Positions 28,693 through 39,020 are shown, counted from the stretch's first letter. The stretch is 64,000 nt of DNA from an uncultured Gemmatimonadales bacterium (GCA_963823035.1 CAWGKG010000010.1:412071-476070); one strand, 5' to 3'. Program-made: numbers and translations. The notes: a model not told the origin generated them from the sequence alone.

Positions 28693-30080
28693 GTCCGGCC
28701 GTGGCCACGGCGAACCGCGGCGCACTGGTGGACCGCGACGCGGAGGACCTGCTCGGCCATCCCGGCGACCGCGAGCTCACGGACCAGATCCTCGCGCCGC
28801 TGTGGACGACGCCGCGGGCCTGGTACTGGCTCGTGGGTTTCACCGGGCTCGGGGCGATCGGCTTCGTCGGCCTGATCCTCTACACCTTCATCCAGGGCAT
28901 CGGTGTCTGGGGCAACAACATCCCGGTCGCCTGGGCCTTCGCGATCATCAACTTCGTGTGGTGGATCGGACTCGGGCACGCGGGCACGTTCATCTCCGCG
29001 ATCCTGCTCCTGGTGGAGCAGCAGTGGCGGGGGAGTGTGAACCGGATCGCCGAGGCGATGACGCTTTTCGCCATCATGATGGCGGGCACCTTCCCGGTGC
29101 TCCACCTCGGCCGCCCGTGGTTCGCGTACTGGCTGATCCCGTATCCCGCGACCATGCGGGTGTGGCCACAGTTCCGCAGCACGCTCCCCTGGGACGTCGC
29201 CGCCATCACCACGTACGGCCTGATCTCGCTCTGGTTCTGGTACCTCGGCATGGTGCCCGACATGGCCGCCGCCCGCGATCGCGCACCCACCCGCTTCAAG
29301 GCCCGGCTGTATGCGATCGGTGCCCTGGGGTGGACGGGGTCGGCGCGCGACTGGGGCCGTTACCGGATCGCATACGGGATGCTCGGCGCGATGGCGACGC
29401 CGCTGGTGATCTCGGTGCACTCGATCGTCAGCATGGACTTCGCGATCGCCCAGGTCCCGGGATGGCACCAGACGTTCTACCCGCCCTACTTCGTCGTGGG
29501 CGCGATCTTCTCGGGCTTCGCCCTGGTGCTGATGCTCATCGTGCCGATCCGGAAGCTCTTCGGGTGGGAGCACATCATCACCGAGCGGCACCTCGACGTG
29601 AACGCGAAGGTGCTGCTCACCACGGGATGGCTCCTGCTGTACGCGTACTGCATCGAGGTCTTCCTCTCGTGGTACAGCGCCGATCGATACGACCGGTATC
29701 TCGACCTCGTGCAGCACCCGTTCGGACCGTACGCCTGGGTCTACTGGTCGCTACTCTTCCTGAACTTCGTGCCCCTCCAGCTCATGTGGTTCCGCCGCTT
29801 CCGCCGGAGCGGGCGGGCCTGTCTCGGCGTCGGGGTCTCCGTGTTCGTCGGGATGTGGGTAGAGCGGTTCATCATCATCGTGACGTCGTTGGAGCGGGAC
29901 TACCTGCCGTCCAGTTGGCACTTCTACAAGCCCACCTGGGTGGATGCGGGCATCCTCAGCGGGTCGCTCGTGACGTTCTGCTTCCTCTTCCTGCTGTTCC
30001 TGAAGTGGGCGCCCGCGATCCCGATCAGCGAGATCAAGAAGATCGCCCATCGCAAGGAAGCCTCGGAGGGCTCCGCGTGA
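28689..30080 (+). CDS. actC: ACIII subunit C (NrfD family quinol-binding membrane subunit)
   Basis: NFVWWIGLGHAGTFISAIL, RIAEAMT, HLGRPW, PLVISVHSIVSMDFA. Confidence 0.95.
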   Translation: MSPAVATANRGALVDRDAEDLLGHPGDRELTDQILAPLWTTPRAWYWLVGFTGLGAIGFVGLILYTFIQGIGVWGNNIPVAWAFAIINFVWWIGLGHAGTFISAILLLVEQQWRGSVNRIAEAMTLFAIMMAGTFPVLHLGRPWFAYWLIPYPATMRVWPQFRSTLPWDVAAITTYGLISLWFWYLGMVPDMAAARDRAPTRFKARLYAIGALGWTGSARDWGRYRIAYGMLGAMATPLVISVHSIVSMDFAIAQVPGWHQTFYPPYFVVGAIFSGFALVLMLIVPIRKLFGWEHIITERHLDVNAKVLLTTGWLLLYAYCIEVFLSWYSADRYDRYLDLVQHPFGPYAWVYWSLLFLNFVPLQLMWFRRFRRSGRACLGVGVSVFVGMWVERFIIIVTSLERDYLPSSWHFYKPTWVDAGILSGSLVTFCFLFLLFLKWAPAIPISEIKKIAHRKEASEGSA

Positions 30081-30706
30081 GCGTCGTCCGCCGGGTCCTG
30101 CGACGGCTCCACGCGCTCCTCGTCGGAGGAAGGCGCGCCGACCGGATCGGCGTGGTGGCCGAGTTCGCCGACCCCGACGCTCTGCTGGCCGCTGTCGGGG
30201 ATATGCGGGAGCGCGGGTTCACGTTCATGGACGCATACGTGCCCTGTCCGGTGGAGGGCCTCGAGGAGGCGCTCGCCCTCGAGCGGAGCCGCATTCCCTG
30301 GCTGATCGGGATCTTCGCCTTCGCGGGCGCGGCACTCGCATACCTGCTGCTCTGGTGGATCAACGTGGTCGACTTCCCCCGGAATGTCGGGGGCCGGCCG
30401 CTGCACTCCGCGCCTTCGTTCATTCCCATCACGTTCGAGACGGCCATCATCGCCGGCGGCACGACCGCGTTCTTCGGCTTCTTCTTCGCGGGGGGAATGC
30501 CCCGGCTCTGGGATCCGGTCTTCGAGGTCGAGGGCTTCGAGAGCGCGTCGGTGGACGGGTACTGGCTGGGCGTGGACCGCCGGGACGCTCGGTTCGACGT
30601 GCCCGCGGTGCGGCGGGCCTTCGAGGAACTCGGAGCCGGTCGGGTGGCCGTCCTCGACCCCGACGGCCACCCCGTCCACCCCGACGGCCTGGAGGAGGCC
30701 CCGTGA
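30077..30706 (+). CDS. actD: ACIII subunit D (DUF3341)
   Basis: AEFADPDALL, DAYVPCPVEG, GGRPLHSAPSFIPITFE; GTGA overlap with actC. Confidence 0.9.
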   Translation: MSVVRRVLRRLHALLVGGRRADRIGVVAEFADPDALLAAVGDMRERGFTFMDAYVPCPVEGLEEALALERSRIPWLIGIFAFAGAALAYLLLWWINVVDFPRNVGGRPLHSAPSFIPITFETAIIAGGTTAFFGFFFAGGMPRLWDPVFEVEGFESASVDGYWLGVDRRDARFDVPAVRRAFEELGAGRVAVLDPDGHPVHPDGLEEAP

Positions 30707-31335
30707 GCCGGGCGCGCCGCGTGGCCCGGGCCGTCACCGTCCTCTCTCTCTGCGCGACGCTCCAGGCGTGCAAGTCCAACGGGGTGAAGGGCGGCCTGAA
30801 CTTCGAACGGATGGTCACTCAGGCGAAGGGGGACGCCTACGAGTCGACGACGCTCTTCCCGGACTCCACGCTCATGCGCATGCCGCCGGAAGGCACCATC
30901 CCTCGGCGACGGCACGACACCGATCCCACGGAGGATTCGGGGCGGCGCGACGGGGAGTGGGTGGAACGGGTCCCCATGGGGTATTCGCGCGCCCTGCTGG
31001 CCCGCGGAAAGGACCGCTTCGGCGTCTACTGCTCGCCCTGCCACGGCTTCGATGGCTTCGCGTCGACACCCATCGCCGCGGCCATGGAACTCCGGCGTCC
31101 GCCGGCCCTGATCACGCCGAGCATCGAGGCCCTGTCGGACGGGCGGATCTACGGGGTCATCACCAGCGGCTACGGACTCATGCCCAGCTACCGCGACCCG
31201 CTCCCCGAACACGACCGCTGGGCGGTGGTCGCGTACCTGCGCGCCCTCCAGCTCCGACAGCACGTCGTGCTCGACAGCCTGCCGTCGACGGAGCGCGCCC
31301 GGGTGCTGCGCGCCCTTGTCGGACGGGGAGGGTAG
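30703..31335 (+). CDS. actE: ACIII subunit E (monoheme cytochrome c lipoprotein)
   Basis: Lipobox LQAC, CSPCHG, GYGLMPSY, DRWAVVAYLRALQ. Confidence 0.9.
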   Translation: MSRARRVARAVTVLSLCATLQACKSNGVKGGLNFERMVTQAKGDAYESTTLFPDSTLMRMPPEGTIPRRRHDTDPTEDSGRRDGEWVERVPMGYSRALLARGKDRFGVYCSPCHGFDGFASTPIAAAMELRRPPALITPSIEALSDGRIYGVITSGYGLMPSYRDPLPEHDRWAVVAYLRALQLRQHVVLDSLPSTERARVLRALVGRGG

Positions 31336-31338
31336 GCC

Positions 31339-32544
31339 GTGAGCACGTCCCGCCGCACCGAGCCCGTCCACTCGGAATCGCTCGCTGTCCGAAGCGCCCT
31401 CGTCGGCGCCATCGGCCTCGCGCTGTGGGGCGTTGGTCTGCTCACCGACCCGTACGCCGCGCTGCGCGGTTGGCTCACGGCGTGGGAGTACGGCTTGAGC
31501 GTAGCGCTCGGCGCGCTGTGCCTGATCATGATCGCGTACGTCACCGGGGGGCGTTGGTTCGTGGTGGTGCGTCGGGTTGCCGAGGCGATCGCGATGAGCC
31601 TACCCGCCCTCGCGCTCGGGGTCGTGCCGATCCTGCTCGGCATGAAGACCCTGTACCCATGGGCCCGTCCGCTCGACACGCTGACGCCCGACGTGCGCGA
31701 CACGGTCGGCAAGATCTCGGCCTGGCTGAACCCCACCTTCTTCACCCTTCGGGCCTTCGTCTACCTCGTGGTGTGGATGGGGTTGGCGGCCCTGCTGTGG
31801 CGGGCCTCCGTGGCCACCGACGGCCGGGACCCGGAAGAGACCGCCCGCGAACCCCGACCCGGAAGCCCCGCGGGGGTCAGCGCGCTCGGGCTCGTGCTCT
31901 TCGCGTTCACCGTCACCTTCGCGTCGTTCGACTGGTTGATGTCGATGACGCCGACGTGGCACTCCACGGTCTTCGGCGTCTACTGGTTCGCCGGTGCGAT
32001 GATCGCGGCGCTGTCCGTGATGGTCCTGCTCACCTACCTGCTCCAGACGTCCGGTGCGCTCCGTGACGAGGTCGCGGCGTCCCACTACTACGCCCTCGGC
32101 CGACTCCTGCTGACGTTCGTCGTCTTCTGGGCCTACATCGCCTACTCCCAGGGCTTCCTGATCTGGATCGGGGACATCCCCCGGGAGACCCATTGGTACC
32201 TGGCCCGCTGGGGAGGGGGCTGGAAGTGGGTGCTCGGCATCCTCGTGGTGGGCCAGTTCGCGCTCCCGTTCCTCGTCCTGCTCAACTACGCCATCAAGCG
32301 CCGGCCGCGACTGCTCTCGTGGGTCGCAGTCTGGCTGCTCGTCGTCCACGGCTTCGACCTGTACTGGGTCGTGGGGCCCGCACCGGATGGATCCAGCGTC
32401 CTGGTGGCCTGGGAGCAGGTGCCGGCCCTCGTCGCGGTGCTCGGCCTCGGCTTCGCGTTCGGCGCCTGGCGCCTCGACGGAAGGCCCGCGGCGCCCCGTG
32501 GCGACCCCGCGTACCCCAAGTCCCTCGGCTACGACGCCAAATGA
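31339..32544 (+). CDS. actF: ACIII subunit F (membrane subunit)
   Basis: About 10 TM segments, FDWLMS..PTWHSTVFG, FWAYIAYSQ..IWIGDIPRETHWY. Confidence 0.9.
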   Translation: MSTSRRTEPVHSESLAVRSALVGAIGLALWGVGLLTDPYAALRGWLTAWEYGLSVALGALCLIMIAYVTGGRWFVVVRRVAEAIAMSLPALALGVVPILLGMKTLYPWARPLDTLTPDVRDTVGKISAWLNPTFFTLRAFVYLVVWMGLAALLWRASVATDGRDPEETAREPRPGSPAGVSALGLVLFAFTVTFASFDWLMSMTPTWHSTVFGVYWFAGAMIAALSVMVLLTYLLQTSGALRDEVAASHYYALGRLLLTFVVFWAYIAYSQGFLIWIGDIPRETHWYLARWGGGWKWVLGILVVGQFALPFLVLLNYAIKRRPRLLSWVAVWLLVVHGFDLYWVVGPAPDGSSVLVAWEQVPALVAVLGLGFAFGAWRLDGRPAAPRGDPAYPKSLGYDAK

Positions 32545-32929
32545 GTCCGAGCGAACCACGCGAAGCGCAGCAGCCGCTCCAGGAGCCCGACCAGGTCGAC
32601 GGCCACGGCGCCGTCACCTTTGGGTGGGCACCATCCTCGTCATCGCGGTGTGCGCGGCCCTTGCGTTCGTGGCCATCCACCTGACGGAAGCGAACCCCGG
32701 CCAGGCATTCCCGGCGCCTCGGGGGAGGGTGGGCACCGGCGGCCCGCGCACCCTCTACACGACCGAGACGCACGTCACCGGCGCGGACTCGGCGACGCGC
32801 GCCCGAATGGACGCCTACGCATGGGTGGACCGGACGCACGGGATCGTATCCGTGCCCATCGGTGAAGCCATGCGGATCCTCGCGGGTGACACCACCGCTC
32901 CGGACAGCGCGGAGGGGGGTGGACGGTGA
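32541..32929 (+). CDS. ActG-like small membrane protein (frameshift near 32625)
   Basis: ATG overlaps the actF stop. The second frame gives a TM helix and the C-terminal YAWVDRTHGIVSVPIGEAMRIL typical of this position in ACIII operons. Confidence 0.65.
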
Positions 32930-33717
32930 CGGTCCTCGCGCTCCTCGTGCTCCTCGCGTTCGCCGGCCCGGCCGCTGCCCAGAAGGCGCCGCCGGGCCAG
33001 CGGGGCATCGGCGTGGACGAGCATCCCGGCCGGCGCCTGCCGCTGACCCACAAGTTCATCGACGAGCGGGGGCACGAGGTGCCACTCGGGCGGTTCTTCC
33101 GCTCTGACGATGCCCGCCCCGTGCTGGTCGTGCCCGGCTACTTCCGGTGCAAGATGCTCTGCGGCGTCCTCGCGCCCAGGCTGCTGGCCAACCTCCGCGA
33201 CGTGGACGGCTGGACTCCGGGCGAGGACTACCGCGTCCTGCTCATCAGCATCGACCCCCGGGAAGGCCCGAAGGACGCGGCCGCGCGCCGGGCGCAGGCG
33301 CTGGACGGCGACGCGACCGGATGGTCCCTCCTCACGGGCTCGAAGGAATCGGTGGACGCCTTCGCGGGCGCGCTGGGCTTCCAGTACCGATACGACCCCA
33401 CGTCGGACCAGTTCGCGCACGCAGCGATCGTCGTCGCGGTAGCCCCGGACGGAACCATCGCCCGCTACGTATACGGCGTGAATCCGAACCCCGATACGCT
33501 CGGGGTGGTGCTCGCCGCCGCGCGCGACAAGCAGAGCGCCTCATCGCTCCAACAGGTCCTCGTCCGCTGTTTCCTGTTCACGCCCTCGCTGCGCAAGCAC
33601 GCCTCGCTCATCGCGTCGGCGCTGCGTGCGGGCGCCGTGGCGATCCTCGTCGGTCTGGCCCTGGTCTTCGTGTTCGCGGCCCGCCGGGCCGCGCGGACGG
33701 AGGGGGAGGCATCGTGA
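32926..33717 (+). CDS. SCO1/SenC copper chaperone
   Basis: Signal peptide, YFRCKMLC (CxxxC), SIDPRE, QFAH. Confidence 0.9.
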   Translation: MTVLALLVLLAFAGPAAAQKAPPGQRGIGVDEHPGRRLPLTHKFIDERGHEVPLGRFFRSDDARPVLVVPGYFRCKMLCGVLAPRLLANLRDVDGWTPGEDYRVLLISIDPREGPKDAAARRAQALDGDATGWSLLTGSKESVDAFAGALGFQYRYDPTSDQFAHAAIVVAVAPDGTIARYVYGVNPNPDTLGVVLAAARDKQSASSLQQVLVRCFLFTPSLRKHASLIASALRAGAVAILVGLALVFVFAARRAARTEGEAS

Positions 33718-34826
33718 ACGGCGGCCCCGGTACCGGCACCGGCGTGCTCGACTTCGGACGCGGCATCCTGCACTTCCTGCTCGCGTTGCCGCGACAAGCG
33801 ACGCCCTTCGCCCATCACGTCGACGACCTCCAGTACGTGCAGATGGTGACGTTCGCGTTGATCGGCCTCGTCGTCTTCGGGTGCACCGGCTGGTTTCTGG
33901 TCCGGTGGAGTCGCCGTGGCGTAACGGACGAGGGGGAGGGGGAGGCGCGGGTCACGCCACGCGTCATCGCGCCGCGCTGGGCGGAGGCGCTCGTCGTCGG
34001 GGTTCTGCTGTCGATGTTCCTGGGCTGGTGGGTCTGGGGCTTCCGTCAGTACGCCGGCGAGCAGGCAGTCCAGGACGATGCCTATGAGATCTACGTCACG
34101 GGCAAGCAGTGGATGTGGAAATTCGACTACCCGGACGGCCGCACGACCGCCGGGGTCCTCTACGTCCCTCAGGGACGGGACGTCCGCCTCCTGCTCACGT
34201 CCCGTGACGTGATCCACTCGTTCTTCGTGCCCGACTTCCGCATGAAGCAGGATGCGGTGCCGGGTCGGTACTTCTCGATGAGCTTCCGCGTCGACGAGGC
34301 TGGCACCCACGACGCGTTCTGTACCGAGTTCTGTGGGACGGGCCACTCACGGATGTGGGCGCAGGTGGTCGTGCTGAGTCCGGCCGACTTCGAGCGGTGG
34401 GTCTCCACCGGACAGGCCCCCCCGCAGGACACGGGTCCCGTCGGGGAGCCGTCGGTGCTCACCACCGAGCAGACCCCGCGCGGCCGCTCGCTTCCCCGTG
34501 GGTCGTTGGCGGATCGGGGGCGGCAGGTCGCCGCCGACCTGGGGTGCTCAGGGTGCCACTCGGCGGATGGCCGGGAGGTTACCGGGCCCACCTGGAAGAA
34601 CCTCTGGCACCGCTGGGAGCACCTCGCGAGCGGGGACAGCGTCCGGGTGGACCCGGCCTACATCACCGAGTCGATGATGGACCCCATGGCCAAGCTCGTG
34701 GCCGGGTTCGAGCCGGTCATGCCGTCTTTCCAGGGGCAGGCGGATCCGGCCCAGGTGGCAGCGATCGTCGAGTACATCCGGTCCCTCTCCTCGGAGGGTC
34801 GGGACAGCCAGGAGGAGGGACGATGA
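33714..34826 (+). CDS. coxB: Cytochrome c oxidase subunit II with fused cytochrome c (caa3 type)
   Basis: GKQWMW, DVIHSFF, CuA motif [13 protein letters not shown]-terminal CSGCH. Confidence 0.95.
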   Translation: MNGGPGTGTGVLDFGRGILHFLLALPRQATPFAHHVDDLQYVQMVTFALIGLVVFGCTGWFLVRWSRRGVTDEGEGEARVTPRVIAPRWAEALVVGVLLSMFLGWWVWGFRQYAGEQAVQDDAYEIYVTGKQWMWKFDYPDGRTTAGVLYVPQGRDVRLLLTSRDVIHSFFVPDFRMKQDAVPGRYFSMSFRVDEAGTHDAFCTEFCGTGHSRMWAQVVVLSPADFERWVSTGQAPPQDTGPVGEPSVLTTEQTPRGRSLPRGSLADRGRQVAADLGCSGCHSADGREVTGPTWKNLWHRWEHLASGDSVRVDPAYITESMMDPMAKLVAGFEPVMPSFQGQADPAQVAAIVEYIRSLSSEGRDSQEEGR

Positions 34827-36494
34827 CCGGAGCCACGCTCGAGAGAACCTCCGCCGCCGGGACGGGGTCGCCCCGTCCGGAGCCCTACTGGTCCGGCGCC
34901 ACGGTGTCGTCCTGGCTGACCAGCACCGATCACAAGAAGATCGGGATCATGTATCTGGTGGCCGTCTGCCTCTTCCTTGCGCTCGGTGGCACCTTCGCGC
35001 TGCTCATCCGGGTCGAACACCTGACGCCGGGGCCGACGATCGTCGACGCGCAGACCTACGACAAGCTCTTCACGCTACATGGCGTGGTGATGGTCTGGCT
35101 CTTCATGATCCCGTCGATCCCCAGCGCGTTCGGCAACTTCCTGCTCCCGCTCATGATCGGCGCGAAGGACGTGGCCTTTCCGAGGCTGAACCTGGCCAGC
35201 TTCTGGATCTATGTGCTCGGCGCAGTGCATCGTCCTGTACGCGGTCGTGACCGGCGCCGCGGACACGGGGTGGACGTTCTACCCGCCCTATTCGACCGGG
35301 TCGCCGACGCAGGTCGTGCCGATGGTGCTCGGCGTCTTCGTGCTTGGCATCAGCTCGATCCTGACGGGCATCAACTTCATCGTCACGACCCACACGTTGC
35401 GGGGGAAGGGGCTCGGCTGGAACAAGCTCCCGATCTTCGTGTGGACGATCTACGCGACGGCCGTCATCCAGGTGCTCGCCACCCCGGTCCTCGCCATCAC
35501 GCTTCTGCTCGTCGGGGTCGACCACTGGTTCGCGTTCGGCCTCTTCGACGCGAGCGCGGGTGGCGACCCCATCCTGTACCAGCACCTGTTCTGGTTCTAC
35601 TCGCACCCGGCGGTCTACATCATGATCCTGCCCGCGATGGGCGTGATGGCCGAGGTCGTGTCGACGTTCAGCCACAAGAACTACTTCTCCTACTCCGGGC
35701 TCGTGGTCTCGTCGCTGGGGATCGCCTTCGTGGGCTTCCTGACCTGGGGCCACCACATGTTCGTGGCGGGGATGAGCGGCGTCGACGTGGCGTTCTTCGG
35801 CATTCTCTCCATGCTCGTCGCCATCTTCAGCGCCATCAAGGTATTCACCTGGGTCGGAACGCTCTACAAGGGCGACATCTGGGTGCGCACACCGCTGATC
35901 TACTTCCTTCAGTTCCTCTTCCTGTTCGGGGTCGGCGGCACCACCGGGGTGGCCATGGCCAGCACGTCCCTCGACATGCACTGGCACGACACCTACTTCG
36001 TGGTGGCACACTTCCACTTCATCATGGTCGGCGGCACCATCACGGGGTTCCTGGCCTCGCTGCACTACTGGTGGCCGAAGATGTTCGGGCGGATGTACGA
36101 CGAGACGACGGCGATCATCGCCTCGGCCTTCGTGTTCCTCGGCTTCCTCTGCACGTTCGTTCCCCAGTTCCTGCTCGGGAACATGGGCATGCCGCGCCGC
36201 TACTTCCTCTATCCGGCGCGCATGCAGCCGCTGCACGTGGTTTCGACCGTGGGGTCGTGGATCCTGGGTGCCGGGATGCTGATGACCCTCTTCACGCTGC
36301 TCGCGTCGTTCCGACGCCGTGCGGACGCCTCCGCAAACCCGTGGGCTTCGAAGGGACTGGAGTGGATGACCCCGACACCGCCTCCCGAGCACAATTTCGT
36401 CGAGGCGCCGGACTACGCCGGGCGTGAGCCGCACGACTACTGGCGGCCCACCCAGGCCGGGTCGGCCGGCACGGGAGCCGGGGCGCGCTCATGA
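34823..36494 (+). CDS. coxA: Cytochrome c oxidase subunit I, A2 type (frameshift near 35225)
   Basis: Frame [21 protein letters not shown]. Frame [19 protein letters not shown] (YS motif of A2 enzymes), [16 protein letters not shown]. Confidence 0.93.
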
Positions 36495-37156
36495 GCCCGA
36501 CCCCCGCGACCGAGGCCCCGGCGAAGCGCACGCACCAACCTGCGATCCAGTTCCAGGACCTCGCAACGCAGGCCCACGCCGCCCAGTTGGGTATGTGGAT
36601 CTTCCTGGCCGGAGAGGTGCTCCTCTTCTCCGCGATGTTCGCGCTCTACGGCGGGCTCTGCGCGCACTGGCCGGAAGCGTTCGCGGAAGGCGCCGGCGAG
36701 ACCGTGCTCTGGATGGGCACGACGGGCACGGTGGCGCTCCTGTTCGCATCGTTCCTGGTCGCGGTGTCGGTGCACGAGATCCGCCGGGACCGCGGGCGAC
36801 GGGCGGGGACGCTGTTGTGGAGCGCCGCCGCGCTCGGCGCGTCGTTCCTGGTGCTGAAGTTCTGGGAGTATGGCATCCACATCTCGGCCGGGCTGGAGCC
36901 GGGCGCGTACTTCGCCGGGAGCGCCCAGCCACAGGGGACCGCCGTGTTCTGGACCCTCTACTACGTCATGACCGGTCTGCACGCCCTGCATGTGATCGGC
37001 GGGCTTGCGCTGCTGCTCTGGCTCGGCTGGCGTGCCCGGCGTGGCGACTTCGATTCCGTGTACCACACGCCCCTGGAACTGGGCGGGATGTACTGGCATC
37101 TGGTGGATGTGATCTGGCTCTTCCTGTGGCCCTTCTTCTACCTGATGCGCTCATGA
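36491..37156 (+). CDS. coxC: Cytochrome c oxidase subunit III
   Basis: LGMWIFLAGEVLLF, TGLHALHV, YWHLVDVIWLFL. Confidence 0.93.
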   Translation: MSPTPATEAPAKRTHQPAIQFQDLATQAHAAQLGMWIFLAGEVLLFSAMFALYGGLCAHWPEAFAEGAGETVLWMGTTGTVALLFASFLVAVSVHEIRRDRGRRAGTLLWSAAALGASFLVLKFWEYGIHISAGLEPGAYFAGSAQPQGTAVFWTLYYVMTGLHALHVIGGLALLLWLGWRARRGDFDSVYHTPLELGGMYWHLVDVIWLFLWPFFYLMRS

Positions 37157-37527
37157 CCCGATATGTATGGACCTTCGTCGCGCTGCTGGCGTTGACCGGG
37201 CTGACGTTCGGGCTCTCCTTCGCGCCGCTCGGCGCGTGGAACACGCCGCTGGCCATGCTCATCGGAGCCACGAAGTCGACGCTCATCGTGCTCTGGTTCA
37301 TGCACCTCGTCGAGCACCGGACGAGTGCGAGGGTGGCGCTGGCGGTGGCGGTGGGATTGGCGCTTTGCTTGATCGCCTTCACCGTGCTCGACGTCCGGAC
37401 GCGACGCCCGGCGCAGCCCACCGGGACGACGGACGCCGCGACGTCGGCCGTCTGGCCGTCCCCGAACGAGCGCGAGCGTGAGGGGCCCGGGACGCGAGGG
37501 ACTCCAGGGGCCCCTCTTGATCAGTAG
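37153..37527 (+). CDS. Cytochrome c oxidase subunit IV (caa3 CtaF-type)
   Basis: ALLALT, ATKSTLIVLWFMHL. The stop codon lies inside the tRNA fragment. Confidence 0.85.
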   Translation: MTRYVWTFVALLALTGLTFGLSFAPLGAWNTPLAMLIGATKSTLIVLWFMHLVEHRTSARVALAVAVGLALCLIAFTVLDVRTRRPAQPTGTTDAATSAVWPSPNEREREGPGTRGTPGAPLDQ

Positions 37528-37555
37528 GTTCGGGGTTCGAGTCCCTCCAACGCCC
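37514..37555 (+). mobile_element. Degenerate tRNA-Lys(CTT)-like 3' half, putative island att site
   Basis: CTCTTGA TCAG TAGGTT CGGGG TTCGAGT CCCTC CAACGCCC corresponds to anticodon loop, variable region, T-arm and acceptor strand. There is no D-arm or 5' half. Confidence 0.7.
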
Positions 37556-37569
37556 GGGGCGTTGGAGGG
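37543..37569. terminator. Perfect 13-bp inverted repeat between convergent genes
   Basis: CCCTCCAACGCCC-G-GGGCGTTGGAGGG. Confidence 0.55.
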
Positions 37570-37586
37570 CCTCGCTGCACATCGAC

Positions 37587-39020
37587 CTAGCGTTTCGCGG
37601 AGGTTCGTCGGTGCGCGCCCGGGAGGTCCTGCAGGAGCCCGGCGGCCGTCCCGATCCGCTCGACCTGCCACCCCCGCTCCTCGGCCAGACGGAGGAGCAG
37701 CGAGCGGTCGAGCTCGGTCCGGACGTCGGGTGCGAACACCCACCGGAGCGAAGGCACGTGGACGGCGACGGTGCCCGGGACGTCCGGCAGGTCCAGCCGC
37801 GCGACCACAACCGGATCCTCGCCGTCGATCCGGCGCTCTCCCGTGACGATGTCGAACGGTGCTCCTGCCTCGTCGTGGTTCCTGAGGATCGTGGCGAGGA
37901 TGGGGGCCACGCCCGCGCCCACCAGCATCGGCACGCCCTTCCGCGCCAGCGCCGCGGCTCCCCCGTTCCCACGTCGGGACCCCAGCACGGCCACCTTCAC
38001 GCCCCCGGCGCCCTGCGCCGTGAGCCACTGCATGGCCCGCTCCAGGGATAGCGGAGCCTGACCGGACTCCAGGAGCACCCATCCGTCCCCCACGCGTACG
38101 GCTCCGGCCGGCGCACCGAAGGTGCGGAATTCGGCGAAGCGACCTTCGAGGATGCGGGCCGAGTCGAGGGGCAGGTCGTGCATCGGTCGGTTCTGCGTCG
38201 TGACGAAGGCGTGGCGCAGCTCCTCGGAGATCTGGAAACTCCCGTCCGGGATCTGCGGGTCGAAATCCGCCGAGAGGACGGTCATCCGCTTGTACGGCGT
38301 TCCGATCCTGCGGACGTCGATCTGGGACGGGAGGTTGAGACCGTTCGGATACGACTTCCAGATGGAGTACCACACCTCGACGTCCATATCGCCCCACGGC
38401 ACGAGCCCGAAGTCGTTCGGGTGGGCCGCGTGGAAGCGAACCATGGCGGGCAGGCCGTCGGCGCGTCGGAAGAAGGCGGTCATCCGACGCCCCTCCACCG
38501 TCGCCTCGACGCGCGCGTGGACGAGGCCGTCCATGACGGTGTCGCCACCCATCGCGAGGTCGTCGGCCTCCGTCGCCTCGAGGAGGAAGCGGTCCGGGGT
38601 GCAGGCGTACAGCTCGGACCACTCGTCCACGTAGGCGACGCTGAGCGGCTGAGGTCCGGCGCCGAAGTCGCGGATGGCCGCGCCGTCACGCACGAGGTCG
38701 ACGACCGTGCGCGCCGCGGCCCCTGTGCCGAAGTGACGGGTGTTGCGCCACGCGCGTACCGAGTAGTCGCGCTCGTCGGTGTGGCTCTCGTACGAAGGGA
38801 AGTCCTGGAACGGACGCGTATCGAAGGCTGGATTGACCAGCCACTGCGTCACCATCTCGAAGCGGACCTGGCGGATGGCGGCGAGCGCGTCGCGGCCTCC
38901 CATGCGCACCAGCGCCGTGTCGAGAAGGGCATTCGGCTCCGGTCGCCCCGATGGCGGCGCGGGGGGCCGACCCGGGACCTGAAGGAGCAGCGCCGCCAGA
39001 GCGCCCGTGATTCCCAACAT
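37587..39020 (-). CDS. Secreted hypothetical protein with a degenerate MBL-fold-like C-terminus
   Basis: Signal-like N-terminus, RMGGRDAL..I start pattern and GAVRVGDGWVLLESG. No HxHxDH motif seen. Confidence 0.55.
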   Translation of the reverse strand: MLGITGALAALLLQVPGRPPAPPSGRPEPNALLDTALVRMGGRDALAAIRQVRFEMVTQWLVNPAFDTRPFQDFPSYESHTDERDYSVRAWRNTRHFGTGAAARTVVDLVRDGAAIRDFGAGPQPLSVAYVDEWSELYACTPDRFLLEATEADDLAMGGDTVMDGLVHARVEATVEGRRMTAFFRRADGLPAMVRFHAAHPNDFGLVPWGDMDVEVWYSIWKSYPNGLNLPSQIDVRRIGTPYKRMTVLSADFDPQIPDGSFQISEELRHAFVTTQNRPMHDLPLDSARILEGRFAEFRTFGAPAGAVRVGDGWVLLESGQAPLSLERAMQWLTAQGAGGVKVAVLGSRRGNGGAAALARKGVPMLVGAGVAPILATILRNHDEAGAPFDIVTGERRIDGEDPVVVARLDLPDVPGTVAVHVPSLRWVFAPDVRTELDRSLLLRLAEERGWQVERIGTAAGLLQDLPGAHRRTSAKR

